Shown one piece after another: positions 40,320-50,445 of a stretch of DNA of 64,000 nt. The stretch's first letter is position 1, and every line of letters starts with the position of its first letter. Made by a program: the position numbers and the translations under genes. The notes beneath the pieces are model-generated. The model had not been told where the DNA came from, made no database searches, and saw only the letters and a program-made list of their open reading frames with translations. This stretch comes from an uncultured Alphaproteobacteria bacterium (GTDB taxonomy: Bacteria; Pseudomonadota; Alphaproteobacteria; CAAHEQ01; UBA3637), in assembly GCA_947627155.1 (NCBI GenBank), contig CANQUX010000006.1, positions 10,894 through 74,893 of the forward strand. Reading direction: 5' to 3'.

Positions 40320-42548
40320 TTATTTTTGTAAAACTTCTCGAACTTTATCCAAAAGCTGCGATAATTCAAACGGCTTTGCCAAAAACTCCAACTCCTTGTT
40401 TTCGCTTGAACCGTGCCGCGCCATATCTTCCGAATAACCGCTCATGAGTAACGCTTTCATTTCCGGATGCGCCTTTTTAACCAGCTTAATCAACGATTCG
40501 CCGTCCATACCGGGCATAATCATATCGGTCAATAACAAATCAAAATCATTGCGGCGATTTAATATTTCCAGCGCCTGCTCGGCATTGGCACATTCCGTTA
40601 CGATAAAGCCTTTTGTACGCAAAACGCGCGACACAACCAATCGCACGCCGTCTTCATCATCAACCAACAACACCCGATTGCTTTGCGACGGCGTAAACAC
40701 CGGCCGAATACGCTTGACTTCAACCTCTTGCGTCACTTCCGGCTCAACACGAGGCAAGTAAATGATAAACGTTGTGCCGATTCCTTTTTCGCTGTCAACG
40801 GAAATATAACCCCCGACACCGCGAATCACGCCGTAAACCGTGGAAAGCCCCAAACCCGTACCCGAACCGCCGGCACTTGATTTTGTTGTAAAAAACGGCT
40901 CAAAAATATGCGGCAAATGCTCGGGCGATATGCCCGATCCGTTATCGGATACAACGATTTTAATGTATTCGCCCGCCCGAATCATATCATTGCCGACGGG
41001 TTTTGCTTTTTTAAACCGCTCGCGCGTGGCGCTGATTTGTAAAACACCGCCGTTCGGCATGGCATCTTTGGCATTGACGGCCAAATTCAAAAAGATTTGC
41101 GTGAGCTGATTAGGATCAATTTTCACATATCCCAAGTTTCGTTTCATATCGGTTTGTAACGTAACAAACGGCGCAATACTGCGTTGCAACAAGGCAGATA
41201 AATCAACAAACGAATCGTGAAAGTTCACAATGCGAATCTTACTCGGCTGCTTGCGCGAAAACGTGAGCAATTGCCCCACCAACCCCGATGCCTTGTTGGC
41301 ATTGCCCTTAATTTGCATAATATCCAAAAATGAGGGATCTTTTACATCGTGCCGCTGCAACAACAAATCACAATAACCGATAATGGCCGTAAGTAAGTTA
41401 TTAAAGTCATGCGCCACACCGCCCGCCAACTGGCCGATAGCCTGCATTTTTTGCGCATGAGCAAACTGCATTTCCAAATTTTTACGCTCACTGGCATCAA
41501 CCAAATAAAGAATAAAAGCATCTTTTTCCTGCGTGGTAAATCCGGCAAAAACGGAAAACGTTTTATTGCCGAAAGCCGGCGCGGCAATCAGCTCCATACG
41601 CTCATTTTTACCGGTGCCGTTGAGAAGCTTTGTCAGCCGATTCGTTAAAATTTCCTGCGTGTTTTCGGAAAACAGGTTGCGCACGTCCATGTGATCAAAC
41701 GAATCGATTTCCGGCGATTTAAACGCGGCCAAAAAAGCAGGATTGGTGTACATAATACGCTGATTAACGGCATCAATCACAACCGTCGGCAACGGCGATT
41801 CTTGAAAAATATGATCATCAACCGAGGGGGCGCTGATGTGAAGCGGCTCAATCAGGCCGGCATAATAGGTAACATCATCCAACCGAAACGGACGCTGCGA
41901 CACAAACCGCGATTCGATACCGCCTGACAGTTTAAAATGCGTTGTTCCCTGCCAATATCCTTGAAAATCCGGACAATTTTCATGAACATAATTTTGCAAA
42001 GAATCACCCAGCAATTCATTGAATTTCTTTTGAAACAAGGCGCAACAGGCATGATTAACATAAATAAAGTGCCCTTGTCCGTCCGTTAAATACACCGGAT
42101 AAGCAAAGGTGCTTAACACATCGGATAAAAAACCGTTTTGACGCGCCATTCCTTTATGAACGGCATATTCCGCCGTTTTATCACGGGCAATGATTAACAG
42201 ATTTTTTTGCATTTTCCGAACGGATATGGCATAAACGGTTTGCGGCAATTGCACTTCCGTTTCAATCGGAATGCCCGAGCAAAAAGAATCGACAATTTTC
42301 TGGACGGCGGAAATATCCGAGGCATCTTTTAAAAAAGAAAACGGATTTTCCTTATCTCCGAACAGCGCCTTTCCTTTTGCGTTTCCGGCAACAACCTTAT
42401 TTTTGAGCGTCCGAATTTGACGGGCATCCGTTTCGGCAGATAACAAATCTTCGTAATATTTTCGTCCTTTTTTCCACAACATGTTTTGTATCATAACAGG
42501 CATTTTTAAAAAAATCCACAAAAATATGTGCAAAAATTCATTTTTCAT
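40320..42548 (-). CDS. cckA: PAS hybrid histidine kinase/receiver, CckA-like
   Basis: AQKMQAIGQLAGGVAHDFNNLLT, NLAVNAKDAM, GTGLGL, receiver LLTDMIMPG. Confidence 0.75.
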   Translation of the reverse strand: MKNEFLHIFLWIFLKMPVMIQNMLWKKGRKYYEDLLSAETDARQIRTLKNKVVAGNAKGKALFGDKENPFSFLKDASDISAVQKIVDSFCSGIPIETEVQLPQTVYAISVRKMQKNLLIIARDKTAEYAVHKGMARQNGFLSDVLSTFAYPVYLTDGQGHFIYVNHACCALFQKKFNELLGDSLQNYVHENCPDFQGYWQGTTHFKLSGGIESRFVSQRPFRLDDVTYYAGLIEPLHISAPSVDDHIFQESPLPTVVIDAVNQRIMYTNPAFLAAFKSPEIDSFDHMDVRNLFSENTQEILTNRLTKLLNGTGKNERMELIAAPAFGNKTFSVFAGFTTQEKDAFILYLVDASERKNLEMQFAHAQKMQAIGQLAGGVAHDFNNLLTAIIGYCDLLLQRHDVKDPSFLDIMQIKGNANKASGLVGQLLTFSRKQPSKIRIVNFHDSFVDLSALLQRSIAPFVTLQTDMKRNLGYVKIDPNQLTQIFLNLAVNAKDAMPNGGVLQISATRERFKKAKPVGNDMIRAGEYIKIVVSDNGSGISPEHLPHIFEPFFTTKSSAGGSGTGLGLSTVYGVIRGVGGYISVDSEKGIGTTFIIYLPRVEPEVTQEVEVKRIRPVFTPSQSNRVLLVDDEDGVRLVVSRVLRTKGFIVTECANAEQALEILNRRNDFDLLLTDMIMPGMDGESLIKLVKKAHPEMKALLMSGYSEDMARHGSSENKELEFLAKPFELSQLLDKVREVLQK

Positions 42549-42637
42549 CGGAAAAGAATTATTTTTTTAATGCTTGCATTTTGAATAAAAATAAGTTAAA
42601 AAGAAAACAATTCGCATTTTAAAGAAAGGAAAGCCGA

Positions 42638-43075
42638 ATGCAAAACATCAAAAAACAAGCCATCGAAGAATTGGCAAATTTAATGAAAACACACAATTTG
42701 TCAGAAGTTGAATACGAAGAAAACGGTACGCGTATTCGCGTGGTTGCCAAACGAGAAGGTTCCTGTGCACCTGTTGCACCGGTTGCCGCACCCGCGCCGA
42801 CAACACCCGTCGAACCGGCACCGGTAACGCCTCAAAAAGCAGAAAATAATTTGGTTTCCCCCATGGTCGGCATTGTTTATTTATCAAAAGCGCCGAATGA
42901 GCCGCCATTCGTTAAAGTCGGCGATATTGTTAAAGAAGGCGATACCGTTTGTTTGATTGAAGCCATGAAAACTTTTAATCCGATTAAAGCAACAAAATCC
43001 GGCAAAATCAGTGCCGTTTTGGTCGAATCGGGAAGTCCCGTGGAATATAATCAACCTTTATTTACATTGGAATAG
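42638..43075 (+). CDS. accB: Biotin carboxyl carrier protein
   Basis: SPMVG, EAMKTFN; Ala/Pro linker. Confidence 0.95.
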   Translation: MQNIKKQAIEELANLMKTHNLSEVEYEENGTRIRVVAKREGSCAPVAPVAAPAPTTPVEPAPVTPQKAENNLVSPMVGIVYLSKAPNEPPFVKVGDIVKEGDTVCLIEAMKTFNPIKATKSGKISAVLVESGSPVEYNQPLFTLE

Positions 43076-43078
43076 CAA

Positions 43079-44440
43079 ATGTTTGAAAAAGTTTTAATTG
43101 CCAATCGGGGCGAAATAGCGTTACGCATTCACAGAGCCTGTCGCGAAATGGGTATCAAAACGGTTGCCGTTCATTCAACCGTCGATGCCGATGCCATGCA
43201 CGTCAAACTGGCCGATGAAGCGGTTTGCATCGGCCCCGCACCGGCAAAAGATTCCTATCTCAACAAAGCGGCCATTATTTCCGCCGCCATGATAACAGGC
43301 GCCGATGCCATTCACCCGGGATACGGATTTTTATCGGAAAATGCCGATTTTGCCGATATGGTTGAAGCGCACGGCATGGTGTTTATCGGGCCGAAACCGG
43401 AAATGATTCGTCTGATGGGCGATAAAGTAACGGCCAAAAAAGCGGCCATCGAATCCGGATTACCCGTTGTTCCCGGTTCCGACGGTGATGTTAAAACCGT
43501 TGACGAAGCGTTAATGTGGGGCGAAAAAATCGGCTATCCCGTTATTGTCAAAGCAGCGGCCGGCGGCGGCGGAAAAGGAATGAAAGTGGCTAACAACGCC
43601 TCGGAAATGGCAGATGCGTTTACATTGGCCAAAAATGAGGCACGTAACTCTTTTTCAAGCGATGTGGTTTATATTGAAAAATATTTGCAAACCCCGCGTC
43701 ACATTGAGGTGCAAATTTTAGCCGATAACTACGGAAACGTGGTTTATTTGGGCGAACGCGACTGTTCTTTGCAACGCAATCACCAAAAAGTGCTGGAAGA
43801 AACGCCCTCACCCGCCTTAAACGCCTTTGAGCGCGAAAAAATCGGCACCATTGCCGCCAACGCCATGAAAAAACTCGGCTATACCAATGTGGGCACCATT
43901 GAGTTTTTATATGAAAACGGGCAATTTTACTTTTTGGAAATGAACACGCGCGTTCAAGTGGAACATCCCATATCGGAAATGATTACGGGCGTTGATATCG
44001 TGCGGGATCAAATTCGTATTTCTGCCGGCGCACCGCTCGGTTACACGCAATCGGAAATACAATTTTCGGGGCATGCCATTGAATGCCGAATCAATGCCGA
44101 AAATCCGAAAACGTTTATTCCCTGCCCGGGTCAAATCGGTGCTTGGCACACGCCCGGGGGATTAGACGTTCGAGTTGATTCGGGAATGTATGCCGGTTAT
44201 AAAGTGCCGCCGTGTTATGACAGTATGGTTGCCAAACTCATTGTGCACGGGCGAACGCGCAACGGGGCTTTAATGCGCCTGCGTCGGGCATTGGAGGAGT
44301 TTGTGATTGAAGGCATTTCAACCACCATTCCGTTGCATCAGAAAATTATTACCGATGCCGAATTTATTGACGGACAGTATAATATTCACTGGCTGGAAAA
44401 GTTTATTCAAAATCATCGTGACGAAATAGAAGAATCATAA
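43079..44440 (+). CDS. accC: Biotin carboxylase
   Basis: LIANRGEIA, HPGYGFLSEN, GGGGKGM, EMNTRVQVEH. Confidence 0.97.
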   Translation: MFEKVLIANRGEIALRIHRACREMGIKTVAVHSTVDADAMHVKLADEAVCIGPAPAKDSYLNKAAIISAAMITGADAIHPGYGFLSENADFADMVEAHGMVFIGPKPEMIRLMGDKVTAKKAAIESGLPVVPGSDGDVKTVDEALMWGEKIGYPVIVKAAAGGGGKGMKVANNASEMADAFTLAKNEARNSFSSDVVYIEKYLQTPRHIEVQILADNYGNVVYLGERDCSLQRNHQKVLEETPSPALNAFEREKIGTIAANAMKKLGYTNVGTIEFLYENGQFYFLEMNTRVQVEHPISEMITGVDIVRDQIRISAGAPLGYTQSEIQFSGHAIECRINAENPKTFIPCPGQIGAWHTPGGLDVRVDSGMYAGYKVPPCYDSMVAKLIVHGRTRNGALMRLRRALEEFVIEGISTTIPLHQKIITDAEFIDGQYNIHWLEKFIQNHRDEIEES

Positions 44441-44452
44441 GGAGAAAAAAAT

Positions 44453-45886
44453 ATGGCACGACAAAATTACGCCGCGCAAAACGAACACGAATCGCTTGTA
44501 ACCGTTATCAAAGCTTTTTTATCGGATCGGTTTGCCGAAAATGTTGCAAAGGCTGTTCAACAAACACCGAATCCCGATTCGGAACAAATCAAGCTTACAA
44601 AAGAGCAATGCGTATCGGCCTTTAAAGATCGCTTAATTGCCGATATGGGCTTTATGGTCAACGAAACGGATAAAAAAGACACGGCCTCTTATGCCAATGA
44701 GGCTTTGGAGCGAAAAGAGCTGCATATGCCCGCGCTCAGTATTTCCTGCGGAACCTGCAATAAATGCGCACATAACGAATTTGTGGTAACCGATCAATGT
44801 CAAGGGTGTTTGGCGCGTCCCTGTACGAATTGCCCGTTCGGCGCCATTGAGTTTATTAACGGAAAATCGCATATTAACAAAGAAAAGTGCAAACGATGCG
44901 GTATTTGTGCAAAATCGTGTCCGTACGGCGCCATTATTAAGCGCACAATGCCCTGTGCGGCGGTTTGTCCGGTTGATGCCGTTGAAAAAACGCAAAGCGG
45001 TTGTGCCGATATCAATGAAGAAAAATGCATTTCCTGCGGGCAATGTGCGGCAGCTTGTCCGTTCGGCGCCATTATGGCACGCAGTGAAATTATTGATGTT
45101 TTAAAAGCCATTAAAGCAGGCAAAAAAGTGATAGCCATGCCAGCGCCCGCCATTATGGGACAATTCGGAATGGCCTCAATTGCGCAAATTTTATCGGCGT
45201 TTTTGAAAGCCGGCTTTACCGATGCCATTGAAGTGGCTGTCGGTGCCGATATTACCACGCGAAACGAAGCGGTAGAATTAGCGGAACGCATGGAAAACGG
45301 CGCGCCTTTTATGACAACGTCTTGTTGTCCGGCCTATTATAATGCCGTGCGCAAGCACATTCCCGAAATGCAAGAGTTTGTTTCACACACCTTAACGCCC
45401 ATGCAATATACGGCGCGCTTGTTAAAGAAACGCGATCCCGAATGTGTAACGGTTTTCATCGGCCCCTGCATGGCCAAGCGCGTGGAAGGGTTTCATGATG
45501 AATATACCGATTTTGTTTTGAATAACAAAGAAGTGGAAGCGCTTTTTGAAGTGTTAAACATTGTTCCGAAAGAGTTACCGGAGGAAAAGCAAGATGACAA
45601 TGCCTCAAAACAAGGGCGCGGTTTTGCGTTAACGGGTGGTGTGGCAGAAGCCGTTGTGTCATTGAAAACGTGCGAAGTCTGTCCGGTTGCCGTTAACGGA
45701 TTAAATAAAGACTCGGTGCGTCAGCTGAAAATGTATGCCAAAAATCGAAAGGCAGACGGTAATTTGGTTGAAGTAATGGCCTGCACGGGCGGTTGCGTCG
45801 GCGGCCCCGGCGTAGCGGCTCCTATTAAAAACGCCATGAAAGAAATTAAAGATCGAATGGCAAAAAGCGAAGATTTAAAATTGTAA
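44453..45886 (+). CDS. Monomeric [FeFe]-hydrogenase with ferredoxin domains
   Basis: H-cluster motifs TSCCPAY, GPCMAKRVE, EVMACTGGCVGG; several CxxCxxCxxxCP motifs. Confidence 0.88.
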   Translation: MARQNYAAQNEHESLVTVIKAFLSDRFAENVAKAVQQTPNPDSEQIKLTKEQCVSAFKDRLIADMGFMVNETDKKDTASYANEALERKELHMPALSISCGTCNKCAHNEFVVTDQCQGCLARPCTNCPFGAIEFINGKSHINKEKCKRCGICAKSCPYGAIIKRTMPCAAVCPVDAVEKTQSGCADINEEKCISCGQCAAACPFGAIMARSEIIDVLKAIKAGKKVIAMPAPAIMGQFGMASIAQILSAFLKAGFTDAIEVAVGADITTRNEAVELAERMENGAPFMTTSCCPAYYNAVRKHIPEMQEFVSHTLTPMQYTARLLKKRDPECVTVFIGPCMAKRVEGFHDEYTDFVLNNKEVEALFEVLNIVPKELPEEKQDDNASKQGRGFALTGGVAEAVVSLKTCEVCPVAVNGLNKDSVRQLKMYAKNRKADGNLVEVMACTGGCVGGPGVAAPIKNAMKEIKDRMAKSEDLKL

Positions 45887-45944
45887 ACAATTGCCCGCTT
45901 TTTGAAAATAAAGGCGGGCTTTTTCATCAAAAGGGAAAAAGAAA

Positions 45945-47621
45945 ATGGCATCGTATCAATATATTTATGTGATGAAAGATTTGTGTAAAACTTTTCCGGG
46001 CGGCAAAGAGGTTTTAAAGCATATTTGGCTTTCTTTTTTCCCGGGCGCCAAAATCGGCGTTATCGGGCCGAACGGTGCCGGAAAATCAACGCTTATGAAA
46101 ATTATGGCCGGTCTTGATGAAGATTTTTCGGGCGAAGCTTTTGCCGCAGAGGGTGTTAAAGTCGGTTATTTACCGCAAGAACCGCAACTCGATCCCAATA
46201 AAAACGTTATGGAAAACATTATGGACGGCGTGGGTCCCGTGCGCGATTTAATGAAGCGGTTTGAAGAAGTGAATATGAAGTTTGCCGATCCCGATGCCGA
46301 TATGGAGGCTCTTTTAGCCGAACAAGCGGAATTGCAGGAAAAAATTGATGCCTGCAACGGGTGGGAAATTGAACGAACGGTTGAAATTGCCATGGATGCG
46401 TTACGCTGTCCGCCGGCCGAGGCCGATGTGACGAAACTGTCGGGCGGAGAAAAACGGCGCGTGGCTTTATGTCGGCTGTTATTATCCAAGCCCGATATGT
46501 TGTTGCTTGATGAGCCGACCAATCATTTAGATGCCGAATCGGTTGCGTGGTTACAAATTTTCTTGAAAAATTATGAAGGAACGGTTGTTATGGTCACGCA
46601 CGACAGATATTTTCTTGATAACGTGACCGGCTGGATTTTGGAAATGGATCGCGGCGAAGGAATTCCCTTTGAAGGCAATTATACAAGCTGGTTAGAGCAA
46701 AAAGAAAAGCGTTTGGCGCAAGAACAAACGGCAGAAAGCAATCGGCAAAAAACATTAAAAGAAGAGCTGGAATGGGTGCGTCAATCGCCGAAAGCCCGAC
46801 AAGCGAAATCGAAAGCGCGCATCACGGCTTATGAAGAATTGTTGAAAAAATCAACGGAAAAAGTGCCCGATGTGGCGCAAATTGTCATTCCGGCCGGGCC
46901 GCGATTAGGGCAAGTGGTTTTAGAAGCCGATTCGCTTTCCAAAGCCTTCGGCGATAAGCTTTTGTTCGAAAATTTATCCTTTCATTTACCGGCCGGCGGG
47001 ATTGTGGGTATTATCGGGCCGAACGGTGCCGGTAAAACAACGCTTCTGAAAATTATTACAGGCGCCGAAAAGCCGGACAGCGGCAGTTTTCGTTTAGGCG
47101 AAACGGTGCAACTCGGCTATGTGGATCAATCACGCGATGCGTTGGATAACAACAAAACCGTTTGGCAGGAAATATCGGGCGGACAAGATATATTAACGCT
47201 CGGCAAACGGGAAATCAACTCCCGGGCTTATGCCGCTCAATTTAATTTCAAAGGCCCCGATCAGCAAAAAAAGGTGGGTATGCTGTCGGGCGGTGAACGC
47301 AATCGGGTTCATCTGGCAAAAATGTTAAAATCGGGCGCGAATGTTCTGTTGCTCGATGAGCCGACAAACGATTTGGATGTTGATACCTTGCGCGCTTTGG
47401 AAGAAGCGTTAATGGATTTTCCGGGCTGTGCCGTTATTACCTCGCACGATCGCTGGTTTTTAGATCGCTTGGCAACGCATATTTTAGCCTTTGAGGGCAA
47501 CAGTCAAGTGGTGTTTTTTGAAGGCAACTATGCCGAATACGAGCAAGATAAAAAGCGCCGTTTGGGTGTTGATGCCGATCAACCGCATCGCATTAAATAT
47601 AAGCCCGTTACGCGCTCTTAA
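45945..47621 (+). CDS. ettA: ABC-F translational throttle EttA
   Basis: Two GPNGAGK / LSGGE / LLDEPTN sets; [10 protein letters not shown]; [16 protein letters not shown]. Confidence 0.93.
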   Translation: MASYQYIYVMKDLCKTFPGGKEVLKHIWLSFFPGAKIGVIGPNGAGKSTLMKIMAGLDEDFSGEAFAAEGVKVGYLPQEPQLDPNKNVMENIMDGVGPVRDLMKRFEEVNMKFADPDADMEALLAEQAELQEKIDACNGWEIERTVEIAMDALRCPPAEADVTKLSGGEKRRVALCRLLLSKPDMLLLDEPTNHLDAESVAWLQIFLKNYEGTVVMVTHDRYFLDNVTGWILEMDRGEGIPFEGNYTSWLEQKEKRLAQEQTAESNRQKTLKEELEWVRQSPKARQAKSKARITAYEELLKKSTEKVPDVAQIVIPAGPRLGQVVLEADSLSKAFGDKLLFENLSFHLPAGGIVGIIGPNGAGKTTLLKIITGAEKPDSGSFRLGETVQLGYVDQSRDALDNNKTVWQEISGGQDILTLGKREINSRAYAAQFNFKGPDQQKKVGMLSGGERNRVHLAKMLKSGANVLLLDEPTNDLDVDTLRALEEALMDFPGCAVITSHDRWFLDRLATHILAFEGNSQVVFFEGNYAEYEQDKKRRLGVDADQPHRIKYKPVTRS

Positions 47622-47805
47622 TGAAGAAAAAACGGCTGAAAAAAGTGATTTTACTCACATAAGGCATAGAGGTTGCCGGTGTGAAAAAAGGGAAACCGGC
47701 AGGAAACAAAAACGGTCGTTTTGCTACCTATAGTTGTGTAAATTATGAATTATTAATTAATTTTTTATTTATTTGTGAATATCTGAGATAATGTGGTATT
47801 CTTTC

Positions 47806-48123
47806 TTATTTTCGGCGGGAAGTGCTATCCCGTGAAACGTGGGATAGCGCGGTGTGCCGAAAATAAAGCGATTCGAGGGGATATCACTCTATTATCTATA
47901 TGGCACTCTCTTTTTTTCCCTATCGGCGGATGTGGGGCGGCGCAATTGTGCCGCTCAACTATGGGCCGATAGAGGGAAAGGAACGGCAGGCTATCATTTT
48001 GGTAAAAGTGGTAAAGACAAGAGATATTTTTAGCCTCTTTGTTTATGAGTGGCACTTTCTCTTATTTTCGGCGGGAAGTGCCGGCTCGTGGAACGTGAGC
48101 CGGCGCGATGTGCCGAAAATAAG
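47806..48123. repeat. Cluster of three REP-like hairpin repeats (47806-47866, 47920-47972, 48061-48123)
   Basis: TCGGC...GCCGA outer stems, conserved internal loop, variable inner stems. Confidence 0.7.
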
Positions 48124-48298
48124 AAAAATAAATGATGCTGCTTTTTCTGCTTGACAATGGTATGAAAAGCTTTTATTCTGGAAGCAAGGCAAGTGATGTG
48201 TGCCCCGAGGCATGACAACCTCTTTAAGCGAATCCTTGAAAAAGGATAAAAAAATTTAGCTCTTTTGGCTTTTGCCACAAGAGAATCAGGTCAACTGG

Positions 48299-48412
48299 CC
48301 GGAAGGTAGTAAAATAAACCTTTTGGTCAATATACTGCGCTATTTCGCTTAAATAGTTGTCAACTTCCGGTCGCCTCTCATCAAGGCGATTTTTTTTGAA
48401 TATGCATCAAAA
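48299..48412. repeat. About 114-bp non-coding repeat, inverted copy at 55328-55441
   Basis: ATGCATAT.CAAAAAAAATCGCCTTGATGAGAGG.GACCG.AAGTT...GCAGTATATTGACCAAAAGG shared; both on the distal side of a cassette. Confidence 0.75.
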
Positions 48413-48569
48413 AAACGTACGTTTTTTGCAACACTTTTTTTGCATTTTTTCAAAAAAATTTTATTTTGAGGTATTTTTAATGTAATATCAATGGTTTATA
48501 ACAAGGCTGTTTCACCAAAATTTGAGGGTAATTTTAACCCTAAAACTGCGTTGCATTAAAGGTACGTTT
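48413..48569. promoter_or_regulatory. Invertible promoter cassette 7 (B arm proximal, predicted OFF/low)
   Basis: AAACGTACGTTTTTTGCAAC 48413-48432 and GTTGCATTAAAGGTACGTTT 48550-48569, then TATGCT; interior homologous to cassette 1. Confidence 0.82.
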
Positions 48570-48604
48570 AATTTATGCTATTTGCATTGAAAGGAAGATG
48601 AAAA

Positions 48605-49969
48605 ATGAGCAATAAAATGAAGAAAAAACAAGTTCAAAATCAAGCGCAACAAGGCCGTTCAATGGTTGAAATGCTGGGTGTTTTGGCCGTTATCGGCGTT
48701 ATCTCACTCGGTGGTATATCAGGCTATAGAATGGCAATGAATCGATATCAGGCAAATCAAATCGCGAATGAAATTAACCTGATGCGCACCGATGCAAAAA
48801 TGAAAGCCGCAATGAAAGCGGCGCAAGGAACGGGAAAGTTGATGTTGGGGGAACCGTATGATTCGGGACACTTAAATTTCGGCAGTAATTATGCCGTTGA
48901 TTTTGATTTTATAGATATTAAATCGGAGGATGAGGGCGTAACGGAAGCGGGATATTATATAAAAATATCAGGCATTTCGGCGGGCGTGTGTAAGCCGTTG
49001 GTCACCTTGTTAAACGGCATGAATGAAACGGTTGCATTAAAGGTCAATGAGGTGGAATATAGCGCGGATTCAAGCACTGATTTCTGCACCGAAGAAAGCA
49101 ATAATGCGTTAGAAGTAGATTTTTCAACGGAAAAAATAATCAGCACTAGCGGAGAGGAACCACCGGAAGAACAAGGCGATGAACCGCAAGATGAGCCCGT
49201 ATGCGATGATGAAACGTGCGCGGGAGGAGAGTGTCAAGCAGATGGAACATGTAAATGCAATGATGAAAATGAATATTGGACGGGTTACGGGTGCACAGCT
49301 TGTCCTGAAGGGGCGCGACAAGAAGATGGAACATGTGAATGCACGGAAGAGAGCCATTTAAAAGGCAGTGCGTGCATCACGTGTCCGGAAGAAGCGCCAT
49401 GGAGTGATGCGGTGGACGATTGCGTTTGTAAAGATGCGGGTAAATATTGGACCAGTGACGGGAAATGCATTGATAATGTGTGCAATAGTGGACAACCTTG
49501 CTCTGATGATGAGGGCGGTGATCCAAAATATTGTGATATGAGTGGTATTTCTTGCGATAATGGGGTTCCGAGCGCAAGTCGTGGCACATGCACACCGGTA
49601 ACAGATAGTAGTTATAGCAAAGTAGAGGTAGAAAATAGTGCAGGAGGTAAAAAAACGATTTATGTGTCAAAATCAAATAATTTTGATTGGTGGGCAGCGG
49701 ATGCGTTTTGCCGAGCATTGGGAAGGAAATTAGGCAAGCCTATGCATTTGGTGAGTTTAGGAGATTTGGGGTGCATATGGGGAAATGGTTGCCCAACAGG
49801 CTCATATGGCAAGTCATTGGTAAGTAAAGGACTAAACGGATTGGGGTGGACAAGTACGCCCTATAATCACGATAATACTTCCTGCCGCGCGGACGGCGTC
49901 GACCTCAATCGCGGTTCCGTCCACTACCTCTATCGCGACGACGACTACTACTACGCCTTATGTGAGTGA
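48605..49969 (+). CDS. Long type IV pilin-like adhesin: prepilin N-terminus, Cys-rich stalk, C-type-lectin-like C-terminus
   Basis: G|RSMVEMLGVLAVIGVISLGG; CxxCP repeats; WWAADAFCRALG..LVSLGDL..WTST..ALCE. Confidence 0.82.
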   Translation: MSNKMKKKQVQNQAQQGRSMVEMLGVLAVIGVISLGGISGYRMAMNRYQANQIANEINLMRTDAKMKAAMKAAQGTGKLMLGEPYDSGHLNFGSNYAVDFDFIDIKSEDEGVTEAGYYIKISGISAGVCKPLVTLLNGMNETVALKVNEVEYSADSSTDFCTEESNNALEVDFSTEKIISTSGEEPPEEQGDEPQDEPVCDDETCAGGECQADGTCKCNDENEYWTGYGCTACPEGARQEDGTCECTEESHLKGSACITCPEEAPWSDAVDDCVCKDAGKYWTSDGKCIDNVCNSGQPCSDDEGGDPKYCDMSGISCDNGVPSASRGTCTPVTDSSYSKVEVENSAGGKKTIYVSKSNNFDWWAADAFCRALGRKLGKPMHLVSLGDLGCIWGNGCPTGSYGKSLVSKGLNGLGWTSTPYNHDNTSCRADGVDLNRGSVHYLYRDDDYYYALCE

Positions 49970-50024
49970 GGCCGGCCGGCTCTTTCCTGATGCCCCGCCT
50001 TTAAGACTTCTATTCAGCGGGGCA
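49862..50024 (+). other. Putative DGR variable region with IMH-like GC run and downstream hairpin
   Basis: 22 of 26 codons in 49880-49957 end in C; GGCCGGCCGGC 49970-49980; stem TGCCCCGC/GCGGGGCA 49991-50024. Confidence 0.65.
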
Positions 50025-50081
50025 CCTCTCCTCTTTTTTCGGCAAGAGGTGAAAATGTGCAATACTGCCGCTCATTTCCCC

Positions 50082-50267
50082 CTATCGGCCCATAGCGACA
50101 GACGACTAAACGCTGTCTGTCACATCCGCCGATAGAGGGAAAGAGCCGTTAACAACACAATTTTTCAACCATTAAGAGAAAAAATTATCTTTTGGCCTTG
50201 CTTCTTTTCTCTGATTCTCAGCGGGTGTGGAGCAACATAATTTAAGCCGTTCCACATCCGCCGATAG
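50082..50267. repeat. Two REP-like hairpin repeats (50082-50135, about 50220-50267)
   Basis: CTATCGGC...CACATCCGCCGATAG, same family as 47920-47972. Confidence 0.7.
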
Positions 50268-50445
50268 AGAAAAAAGAAATACTGATTCACATGGAAAATC
50301 AGTCAAAATTCAGTATCCAAGAAACAATTTCATCGTTCCCCGATAGTAAAAAAACAATAATGCCGCCTTATTTTACGCCCTGCCGATTAATATACCGCCT
50401 TGCTTCACATATATGCAAATAATAAAATCAACTATATGCAGGAAA

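Noticed and set aside
47806-48123. CRISPR array or integron attC array
   Set aside because: Repeats are not identical or evenly spaced, there are no cas or integrase genes, and no RYYYAAC/GTTRRRY ends.
47622-50445. DGR template repeat or reverse transcriptase near the target
   Set aside because: No AAC-rich copy of the variable region in flanking intergenic DNA by eye, and no ORF with RT motifs in the track.
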